Shown here: positions 33,404 to 40,104 of the stretch, piece by piece
How positions within the stretch are numbered: the first letter of the stretch is position 1
Layout of the letters: every line of letters begins with the position of its first letter
Source: a virus
Lineage: Duplodnaviria; Heunggongvirae; Uroviricota; Caudoviricetes
DNA: 41,003 nucleotides
Direction: 5' to 3' (one strand)
Virus record (IMG/VR): IMGVR_UViG_3300045988_002471
Location: 1-41,003 of that record
Position numbers and translations under genes: made by a program
Notes under the pieces: model-generated
Database searches by the model: none
Seen by the model: only the letters and a program-made list of their open reading frames with translations
What the model was told of the DNA's origin: nothing

Positions 33404-33638
33404 ACGACAGCCACGCCTGGCGAATCTGACGCAGTGCAACTAAAGTGATTAATGTCTCAGGCAGCGTAGGCGACATGCTGCCCTGTAACAGGTGAATACA
33501 TCCGGCGGCGCAGACAATAGCGGTCAGGATATAGAGCACCCGGCCAAATAATCCGTCGTCCACGCTGGGATGATATACATTAAACAGCGATGCGCCACCG
33601 ATTGCCAGCATACCGCCGAACCAGAATAGCTCATTCAT
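33366..33638 (-). CDS. Small two-TM membrane protein (holin/antiholin-like)
   Basis: Two hydrophobic segments; start set to MNELFWFGG; overlaps endolysin start. Confidence 0.4.
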   Translation of the reverse strand: MNELFWFGGMLAIGGASLFNVYHPSVDDGLFGRVLYILTAIVCAAGCIHLLQGSMSPTLPETLITLVALRQIRQAWLSYGGHKRVSKYFR

Positions 33639-33939
33639 CAGGGCCTCCTCGACGTGCAATGTATTCTCCGGCGACGATACCGGAGAGGCGGGAATAGAGG
33701 GGCATCCAGAGAATAGCAATGATGAACCCAAGGCCCGCTATTTCGCGTTCACCTGTGATACCGAACCATTGTGCTGCGAGAGGCGCACCAAATACGGCGC
33801 AGGTGAAGCCAGTTGCAATAAAGCAGAAGCCGTCAATAGGGCCAGAAATAACGGACTTATGTTGCCTTAGTCCGATTACCCCACCAGCTAGTGCGGCGGC
33901 GAGAAGCCACCCCGTCACTGTTTCAGTAAATTTATCCAA
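33631..33939 (-). CDS. Holin (three predicted TM segments), TTG start
   Basis: 102 aa, hydrophobic segments, charged C-terminus; RBS GGAGGA 6 nt before TTG. Confidence 0.55.
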   Translation of the reverse strand: MDKFTETVTGWLLAAALAGGVIGLRQHKSVISGPIDGFCFIATGFTCAVFGAPLAAQWFGITGEREIAGLGFIIAILWMPLYSRLSGIVAGEYIARRGGPDE

Positions 33940-34014
33940 GATGAATCCTCCAGGTGCGTATTAAGTATGCAGTAACTGGAGGATACCACGGGTAGGAATT
34001 ATCCTAATAACGGT

Positions 34015-34308
34015 TTATTTATGTCTCCAGATGTATTGGCGTCTCTGCGGTTTCGTCGGAATATCATCGTATCCCAACGATTTCCAGTAATTAAATAGCC
34101 GATTAGCGATTGCTGCGCGTTCCTGTGTTTTAAACTCACCGAGATTCACAGCCTTCCCGTTCTGGAATCCACAGGCGCGTACCGCTTTGCGTCTGGCCTG
34201 AATCTCGGGGTACAGTGCATTACGGCGGCGCTTGTGTATACGCGTATTCGCTCTCGGCGACAGCGGCGCAAGGCCGCTTCGTTTCAGGATGTCAGTTGCT
34301 AACGACAT
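34015..34308 (-). CDS. Hypothetical basic protein (97 aa)
   Basis: Track ORF coupled to upstream gene. Confidence 0.4.
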   Translation of the reverse strand: MSLATDILKRSGLAPLSPRANTRIHKRRRNALYPEIQARRKAVRACGFQNGKAVNLGEFKTQERAAIANRLFNYWKSLGYDDIPTKPQRRQYIWRHK

Positions 34309-34637
34309 TATTTCTCCTGTTTACCAAGTCGCTTAGGTGAGCAGATAGCGCGTACCTCCGAACCGTACGCACCTTTGCGGATAAGTTTGTATGCCTCCAC
34401 GTCACCAGTAGCCTCGGCCAATGCCAGATGCAACTCCTTAACTTGCCCTGTCAGGTGCGATATGTGCTCAGATTTCTTAATGTTGTCTTCCCGCAACTCC
34501 TTAATCTGCGCCGACGCATCACGTAACTGATTCTTAAGTGACTGCACCTCATGCGCCAGGTCTTCGCTCCGGCTGTTATTTACCTGCTGCCGTAGCTGGT
34601 CGATCAGGTACTCGAATATTTCGTTTTTGTTACTCAT
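34308..34637 (-). CDS. Hypothetical coiled-coil protein (about 109 aa)
   Basis: Start set to MSNKNEIF after RBS GAGGGGA. Confidence 0.4.
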   Translation of the reverse strand: MSNKNEIFEYLIDQLRQQVNNSRSEDLAHEVQSLKNQLRDASAQIKELREDNIKKSEHISHLTGQVKELHLALAEATGDVEAYKLIRKGAYGSEVRAICSPKRLGKQEK

Positions 34638-34661
34638 CTCTGTCTCCCCTCTCATTTGTGT

Positions 34662-34700
34662 AAATGAATAGTAGCCTATTCTATCTTAGTGTGCAAGTAA
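34662..34700 (-). promoter_or_regulatory. Promoter TTGCAC-N17-TACTAT with palindromic operator GAATAGTAGCCTATTC (34666..34681)
   Basis: Perfect 6-bp half-site inverted repeat overlapping the -10. Confidence 0.55.
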
Positions 34701-34703
34701 ATT

Positions 34704-34877
34704 TTATTGGTGTGTTATAGAGTCGATGAACGCCAGTAACTCCCTTTCCGCTTCTGCTTCTCTTTCTTCAAGCGACCAGGTAGCGGATTCCTCTGTTGCC
34801 GTTGCTAAATCGGTTTTTACGTCAATCATCGTGTCGATTAACGTGATTAGTCGTTCAGCCTGTTCTTTAGTAATCAT
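34704..34877 (-). CDS. Small acidic ORF (57 aa)
   Basis: Own translation MITKEQAERLITLIDTMIDVKTDLATATEESATWSLEEREAEAERELLAFIDSITHQ. Confidence 0.3.
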   Translation of the reverse strand: MITKEQAERLITLIDTMIDVKTDLATATEESATWSLEEREAEAERELLAFIDSITHQ

Positions 34878-35001
34878 TGTTGCATCTCCTGCAATAGTCG
34901 CTTCGATTGTTGCGTTTGATGAAAGTGTCGCCTTTTGACGACACTAAGTTAAAGTTGTACGCTGCTGTGTAGCAGCGTAAGTCATTAAGCCAAATAGTAA
35001 G

Positions 35002-35163
35002 CTATTGACCTGTTACACCACCTGTTACACCGGCACGATATTGCACACCAGCTTTCCACGCCCGCCACGCAAGACGCGTCTTAACGTTCAGGTACTCTTT
35101 CTTCGAACCCTTGTTAACTGGCAGACCCTCGACGACGGCCCACCGCTCAAATGCTTCTCTCAT
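35002..35163 (-). CDS. Small ORF (53 aa)
   Basis: Own translation MREAFERWAVVEGLPVNKGSKKEYLNVKTRLAWRAWKAGVQYRAGVTGGVTGQ; RBS GGAGGA. Confidence 0.3.
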   Translation of the reverse strand: MREAFERWAVVEGLPVNKGSKKEYLNVKTRLAWRAWKAGVQYRAGVTGGVTGQ

Positions 35164-35166
35164 AAC

Positions 35167-35367
35167 TTAGTCCTCCAGAACTTCGCATTCACTTGCATAC
35201 ACAACTACATACCCCGCGTCACGTTCAATAATGAACATAGCGGAACCGGCGTGTGTAACCTCAAACTCATCTCCTACTGCAACGCCCCAGTAACTAAGCG
35301 GCAAATCGTCACCATCGCGCGGGTCCACATAATCAATATCAGTTATACGAATTCTTATTAACGGCAA
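35167..35367 (-). CDS. Small acidic hypothetical protein (66 aa)
   Basis: Track ORF in minus-strand early operon. Confidence 0.4.
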   Translation of the reverse strand: MPLIRIRITDIDYVDPRDGDDLPLSYWGVAVGDEFEVTHAGSAMFIIERDAGYVVVYASECEVLED

Positions 35368-35415
35368 CCTCCATCAGAGTCGTCGGCACTGGCGCCATGA
35401 TTCGGCGCCGTGGGT

Positions 35416-35634
35416 TTATTTAAAGTAGATAGCGAATTTCTTGTAACCCGCGGGCTCATTACGAAGCCCCTTACCGATAGCGAAACGTTGTACGTTGTTA
35501 AAATCGTTTCCATCCATACCGTCGGTGCCGAACGTAAAGAAGTTGCGTTTGTTCCCGATAATTACGCGCTCTGAAATATCGATGCCGTAAACTTGTTTGA
35601 TTGCGGAAACTACGCTTGCGGTCGCTTTGTTCAT
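35416..35634 (-). CDS. Hypothetical protein (72 aa)
   Basis: Track ORF just downstream of promoter 35663..35700. Confidence 0.45.
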   Translation of the reverse strand: MNKATASVVSAIKQVYGIDISERVIIGNKRNFFTFGTDGMDGNDFNNVQRFAIGKGLRNEPAGYKKFAIYFK

Positions 35635-35662
35635 TTCTAAATTCCTTATGTCTCGTTTCGAT

Positions 35663-35700
35663 AAGTGAATAGTAACCTATTATGTTGGGGTGTGCAAGAT
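35663..35700 (-). promoter_or_regulatory. Promoter TTGCAC-N18-TACTAT with operator GAATAGTAACCTATTA (35667..35682)
   Basis: About 38-bp block nearly identical to the reverse complement of 16688..16725. Confidence 0.55.
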
Positions 35701-35875
35701 AATAGTTACGTTGCCGTTGTGATTCTTTCGTTTCTTAAAAGAGTACGCAACGCAGTGGGTGGGCGTTAGCCCACCCCAGCGGAGTGAAGTACTCTCTACC
35801 TTGCTCACGGCAACTATAGAAACTTTTAATTATCAGTGACTTGGATATTTAGGCGGGATTAACAATAGACTTTGA

Positions 35876-35971
35876 CCCTTCCGAAAGCGTCAGCGGAACT
35901 ACACTCAAGTGCCTAATGGCACGCGTTGCGTTCCCTGCCGCTCCGCGGTCGCTTGCGATATCTCACAAGCT
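35876..35971 (-). ncRNA. Candidate structured leader RNA / cis-regulatory element, copy B
   Basis: Shares conserved blocks with 25169..25263; hairpin GTGCC-atta-GGCAC at 35909..35922 replaces GGAC-ttac-GTCC of copy A. Confidence 0.4.
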
Positions 35972-35977
35972 CAGTGA

Positions 35978-36006
35978 AGCTTAGCATATTTTCAAGTAAA
36001 AGTCAA
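35978..36006 (-). promoter_or_regulatory. Promoter TTGACT-N14-TGc-TAAGCT for element copy B
   Basis: -35 at 36006..36001, -10 at 35983..35978; conserved with copy A. Confidence 0.45.
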
Positions 36007-36053
36007 TACCAGTAGCATCTTTTGTATTTTAGTAACTTTGCGTGGTGTTTTGG

Positions 36054-36082
36054 TTGCTTTTACAAAGTTACCGCCTTATACT
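36054..36082 (+). promoter_or_regulatory. Sigma70-like promoter TTGCTT-N17-TATACT for the plus-strand early operon
   Basis: Motifs about 30 nt upstream of the AlpA-like gene RBS. Confidence 0.45.
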
Positions 36083-36111
36083 TCGATACATATTACACAG
36101 GAGAGCGCGAG

Positions 36112-36282
36112 ATGACTATCAATGAAGTTGCAGAATTAATCGGCGTCACCCGCCAGACGATCAATAACTGGATTAAGAGTGGAAAGTTTCCTGATTGCAG
36201 CGTTAAAGTAATGGGGCGCCGTTTACCAGGAACATTTGACCGTAATAAAGTTGAAGCGTGGATTAAGGAGAACGTGAAATGA
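36112..36282 (+). CDS. AlpA-family HTH DNA-binding protein (Xis/AlpA-like)
   Basis: MTINEVAELIGVTRQTINNWIKSGKFPD...; start set to ATG 36112 after RBS CAGGAGAG. Confidence 0.6.
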   Translation: MTINEVAELIGVTRQTINNWIKSGKFPDCSVKVMGRRLPGTFDRNKVEAWIKENVK

Positions 36283-36569
36283 AAGGTGTAATTTTCCACG
36301 ATAAAGAAAATGACAGTGCTTATATGGTCTATTTAGTGCAAGGTGAGTATGCGTTGTGTTTTAACGTTTCCTGTAAACTGGACTCATATTTGCCGTTTTG
36401 CGTTACAGAAGAATTGCAGTTGATTAGTCTAAGAAGACTCAGCACAATGTCGGCTTCCATCGATGTCTCCGACCACCTATCCTACGTTTATCAGTATTTC
36501 GGGGATGAGATTGTCGCAGATTATTACCGTAAGTACGCGCATTTGATGGAATGTCTGGCTAATAGATAA
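36279..36569 (+). CDS. Hypothetical protein (96 aa)
   Basis: ATGA coupling to AlpA-like gene. Confidence 0.4.
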   Translation: MKGVIFHDKENDSAYMVYLVQGEYALCFNVSCKLDSYLPFCVTEELQLISLRRLSTMSASIDVSDHLSYVYQYFGDEIVADYYRKYAHLMECLANR

Positions 36570-36626
36570 AAGAAGGCCCCAGCGTTAGAGCGCCGAGGCC
36601 AAATTACTTGCTGAAGGAAATACAAC

Positions 36627-38912
36627 ATGTCCGATGTAATTTTATCCTACTCGTGGTCACGCCGCAACGCGCGGGCGGGAAAAAAGGATATAAATGTCAG
36701 AACCGCACACACGGCAACACTGGACGACCTGAAAGAGTTAATCCAGCCGCTCGATGCCGTTCGCGACGGGATTAACCCTAAGACCGCGCCCGGTTATATC
36801 ACCGCCGCGTGCGACTCAACGCACAGCACCGTAAAAGACCCGGAAACTGGAGACTTTAAGCAAGCGCGTAAAGGTTTTTTCTACCGCTGCGATGCGTCTG
36901 TAAGCAAATCGTCGCTGGCCTATCTGGATTTCGACAGCACAACACCGGAAGAGTATCAGGAAGCGGTGCGCCTGGTTAAGCGCAGCCGCTGGGCCATGTG
37001 CCTCTATACCACGGCATCACATACTGATGAGTCACCGCGCTTTCGCGTCGTAATGCCACTGGCCCGTCCGGTGGAGGGTGGTGACATCATCCGTGTTCGT
37101 CATGGGTTGCTGGAGCACTTCTTCAAAGGCATGGGTGCGGACCGCAGCGGGTTCACTCTGTCGCAGCCGATGTACCTGCCGCCGGTTGGCTCTACCGTTA
37201 TCTGGTCGCGCCGTAACGACCTGATTGACCCGGACGAATTACTGGAAGGCGTACCGGATTACGAGGTGAGCAGCGCCTCGGATTACCAGATACCGGAAGA
37301 ACTGCGCACTGCGTTTACTGATGCGTTCGAGGCACTGGCGTTTGAGTACGGTGGCGTCATGACGCCTCGTGGCCTTAAAATGCCCGCTACGCCAGAACAC
37401 GCGGAGAACTACAGCGACCCGACGCCGCGCCCGGACGACTTCCTGCTGTGTTTCCCGCGCGAGGGATATGAAGCGCCTAACGTAACAATGATTCACGACA
37501 CCGACATTACGGCGACCGAAGGCATGTCACCGAAAGAGGTGTGGAAGTACGCGTGCGATGCGACCGGGCTGCCGTTCAGTGAAGTCGCAGAGGCCATCGG
37601 TTGGGGGGCGCGTGAATCTGTCTCATGCAGCCTCGACGACCTGGAAGACGACGAGGACTCAGAGGAGGACGAGTTACCAGAACCGGTAAAGGCTGATTTC
37701 GTCGTTGAGGGGTACATGCCGTCGGATTGTATCTGGGATATTGTCGGGGAATCCGGCACGTACAAATCATTCTATACGCTGGGGATGATGTACCTGAGCG
37801 CCGCCGGGTACCGGTTTGCGGGGGCTGACACCCAACGTTGCCACCATTTCTATATTGACGGCGAGGGTGGTGCAGCTACACGAACACGTATTGATGCACT
37901 CGCGGCTAAATATGGCGAGGAAGGTAAAGATTATGTACATGTCATCGATATGGGCGAAATACTCGCTACGCATGGTGATAAAAAAATTCCAGCTCTAATC
38001 CGCAGGATGCGCGAAACCGCAGGGGATGAACCTATTGGCATGGTTGCCTTCGACACCCTTAACCAGACGCTGGCCCTGACGATTGATAAGTTCGACGAGA
38101 ATAGTTCATCAACAGCAATCGGCATGGGTAAAGTTATCGCCATTCTGAAAGAAGTACGCGATGCAACTAAAGCCGCAGTAGGCGTTGTCCACCATACGCC
38201 GAAGGGTGGAAAGAAAGCACGCGGCAGTGGGGCGCTGTATGCGGGTGTTGACGTGGAACTGACAATCGAACGTGCAACCGACCGTCAGATAAACGTATAT
38301 CACTCGAAATTCAAGCACGGGCCTCAGCAGAAGACGGTTGGCATGGTGCTGGAGTCGGTACAGTTCCGTGAAGCGCCGCCGCCTAAAGAATACCGAGCGG
38401 TTGAGTTCCTGGGTAGCACAGAGGAATACGGCACAATCGTAAACCTGGACCTGCCTGAACCACACAAGGCGCTTGTGTTGATGCCGTGGGGTTTCGAGCC
38501 GTTCAAAACTGACGAGGAGAAAGAGCGGGAAGAAGGGTTGACGAAAGAAGGTAAAGAAAATGTACGTAAAACCGTAGAGAACGCCGTCAACAGTTCGGAG
38601 GCCACGATACTCGCGGCGTTTGAACTGGCGGAAGGAACCTACAACGGCAACGAGGGCATCACGGTATCCGCAGCGAATAAGCTCGCGCAGTCTGACCCCA
38701 ACGCAAAGGCGTTTAACTCCAAAGAAGCCATAGAACGCGGGAAGATTAAGAAAATGGTTGAGGCTGGGTATCTTGTTCCGGGTACTGACGAAAACAATCA
38801 GATAATCACAGGCCGTTACAGGCTGAATACCCGGATAACGGATAACAAGATTCCGAAGACACTATACGAACCGAATGAAATGCTGGTGGTGACCGAGGAT
38901 GATTTGGAATAA
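36627..38912 (+). CDS. Replication protein: primase-like N-terminal region fused to RecA-like ATPase/helicase
   Basis: 761 aa; Walker A GESGTYKS and Walker B-like VAFDTLN in the C-terminal half; N-terminal primase assignment is inferred. Confidence 0.6.
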   Translation: MSDVILSYSWSRRNARAGKKDINVRTAHTATLDDLKELIQPLDAVRDGINPKTAPGYITAACDSTHSTVKDPETGDFKQARKGFFYRCDASVSKSSLAYLDFDSTTPEEYQEAVRLVKRSRWAMCLYTTASHTDESPRFRVVMPLARPVEGGDIIRVRHGLLEHFFKGMGADRSGFTLSQPMYLPPVGSTVIWSRRNDLIDPDELLEGVPDYEVSSASDYQIPEELRTAFTDAFEALAFEYGGVMTPRGLKMPATPEHAENYSDPTPRPDDFLLCFPREGYEAPNVTMIHDTDITATEGMSPKEVWKYACDATGLPFSEVAEAIGWGARESVSCSLDDLEDDEDSEEDELPEPVKADFVVEGYMPSDCIWDIVGESGTYKSFYTLGMMYLSAAGYRFAGADTQRCHHFYIDGEGGAATRTRIDALAAKYGEEGKDYVHVIDMGEILATHGDKKIPALIRRMRETAGDEPIGMVAFDTLNQTLALTIDKFDENSSSTAIGMGKVIAILKEVRDATKAAVGVVHHTPKGGKKARGSGALYAGVDVELTIERATDRQINVYHSKFKHGPQQKTVGMVLESVQFREAPPPKEYRAVEFLGSTEEYGTIVNLDLPEPHKALVLMPWGFEPFKTDEEKEREEGLTKEGKENVRKTVENAVNSSEATILAAFELAEGTYNGNEGITVSAANKLAQSDPNAKAFNSKEAIERGKIKKMVEAGYLVPGTDENNQIITGRYRLNTRITDNKIPKTLYEPNEMLVVTEDDLE

Positions 38913-38920
38913 GTAAAAAG

Positions 38921-38940
38921 AAAGGGGCATTAAGCCCCTT
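38921..38940 (-). terminator. Terminator-like hairpin (GGGGC-attaa-GCCCC) with T-rich tail on the minus strand, overlapping the repressor stop
   Basis: Short GC stem followed by TTTCTTTTTAC on the minus strand. Confidence 0.4.
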
Positions 38941-39145
38941 CACCGAACGCCAGCCACTTGGCGTCTACTTGTAGCACTTCCGCCAGCTTGAACAGCGTCG
39001 CCGGCCGGACGTCCTGAGTTACCCCGAGCGCAAGCTGGTTAATCGCGCCCTGGGAAACGCCAGCCAGGACCGCCAGACGGCGCTGGGAGATGCCGAGTTC
39101 TTTACGGCGTTGTTCTACGCGGATACCTAGTTCAGATGGTTGCAT
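38930..39145 (-). CDS. XRE-family HTH transcriptional regulator (Cro/CI-like)
   Basis: LGISQRRLAVLAGVSQGAINQLALG helix-turn-helix; 71 aa; divergent from operator-bearing promoter. Confidence 0.8.
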   Translation of the reverse strand: MQPSELGIRVEQRRKELGISQRRLAVLAGVSQGAINQLALGVTQDVRPATLFKLAEVLQVDAKWLAFGEGA

Positions 39146-39172
39146 GTCAATTATTCCTTAGTCAGTTGATAT

Positions 39173-39190
39173 GTGAATAGTACCATATTA
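39173..39190. promoter_or_regulatory. Operator-like site GTGAATAGTACCATATTA upstream of the repressor gene
   Basis: GAATAG half-site shared with five other sites. Confidence 0.45.
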
Positions 39191-39209
39191 ATTATTTTAG
39201 AAAAGCCCA

Positions 39210-39238
39210 TTGACACGTGAATAGTTCGCTATTATAGT
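39210..39238 (+). promoter_or_regulatory. Promoter TTGACA-N17-TATAGT with embedded operator GAATAGTTCGCTATTA (39219..39234)
   Basis: Consensus -35 and near-consensus -10; operator occupies the spacer. Confidence 0.65.
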
Positions 39239-39269
39239 TAACCCATACCAAACGAGAGGAGAGAAACAA

Positions 39270-39788
39270 ATGTTAGAACAATTCTTAAAATTACTGGAAC
39301 GTTTCGTAGTTGCACATGAACTGATTGCTGCGAACAGTGCACGCCGTACTGAACTGCCGAAGGCTATCACGGCGCCATATGGTAAAGACGTCGACAGTGG
39401 TGTAGCAGAAACTGCAACAATCACGCCTACTGTTGTGAAAGAAGAAACAAAAGAAATCCCGGTTGAAGGTGAAGACGTAGTTGACACCAAACCGGCGGAG
39501 GAAGAGAAGCCAAAACGCAAGCCGCGTAAAGCTAAAGTAGAGGAACCTGCGCCAGAACCGGAAGAAGATAAAGAAGAAGTCGATTACCAGTCTCTTCGTG
39601 ACCAGATTCAGGCTATCGACGATGCAATTAACGAAGGTCCTAGCGATGCCGCTTGCGATGATTCTGATGAACTGCTGGAAGAGTTCACGGGTAAGAAAAT
39701 GAAGATTGCTGCGATTAAAGACGAAGACCTGGCTGAGTATCTGGAGCGCCTGACGGCAATCAAGAACAAGTATTTCGAAGAAGAATAA
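39270..39788 (+). CDS. Highly acidic protein (172 aa), first gene of the operator-controlled plus operon
   Basis: Roughly 50 Asp/Glu versus about 25 Lys/Arg by eye; low-complexity Glu/Pro/Lys-rich centre. Confidence 0.5.
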   Translation: MLEQFLKLLERFVVAHELIAANSARRTELPKAITAPYGKDVDSGVAETATITPTVVKEETKEIPVEGEDVVDTKPAEEEKPKRKPRKAKVEEPAPEPEEDKEEVDYQSLRDQIQAIDDAINEGPSDAACDDSDELLEEFTGKKMKIAAIKDEDLAEYLERLTAIKNKYFEEE

Positions 39789-39794
39789 CTATCC

Positions 39795-39815
39795 CGCGGC
39801 CTTCGGGCCGCTTTA
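39795..39815 (+). terminator. Terminator-like hairpin GCGGCC-ttcg-GGCCGC + TTTAAC
   Basis: 6-bp GC stem with tetraloop after the acidic-protein gene. Confidence 0.45.
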
Positions 39816-39831
39816 ACTGAGGGTCGGAATT

Positions 39832-40104
39832 ATGATTTACCAACTCTACCGCGCCGTAGACAGGCGGGACAACACAGAGGCGCTATGGCTGTTGCGCGCG
39901 CCGTCCGGTGCGCACCAGATGGAAGAGATGGCGTACTTAGGCAAAGTGCCGCGACCTAAAGACATAGGCCGTCACGTGTCGCAGATTAAGCGCACGACTT
40001 TCGCCAAACCTGACTTTTATGTCTTCGAGTCGATGTATGGGTGGGCTATGCACTGCCAGCACCAGACCAGGCATTTAATCGACCAGTGGGAGAACAGGGT
40101 ATGA
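39832..40104 (+). CDS. Hypothetical protein (90 aa)
   Basis: Track ORF; stop overlaps exonuclease start. Confidence 0.45.
   Translation: MIYQLYRAVDRRDNTEALWLLRAPSGAHQMEEMAYLGKVPRPKDIGRHVSQIKRTTFAKPDFYVFESMYGWAMHCQHQTRHLIDQWENRV

Noticed and set aside
34726-35361. Plus-strand ORFs 34726..34938 and 35005..35361
   Set aside because: They overlap, on the opposite strand, a run of coupled minus-strand small ORFs that follow operator-bearing promoters; Ser/Ala-rich low-complexity translation.
36022-36111. Upstream extension of the AlpA-like ORF (track start at 36022)
   Set aside because: The extension runs through the predicted promoter (36054..36082) and lacks an RBS; ATG 36112 with RBS CAGGAGAG is the more plausible start.
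36574-36600. GC-rich segment after gene 36279..36569 as a possible terminator
   Set aside because: No clean stem with a following T-run could be drawn; the primase gene downstream probably needs readthrough.
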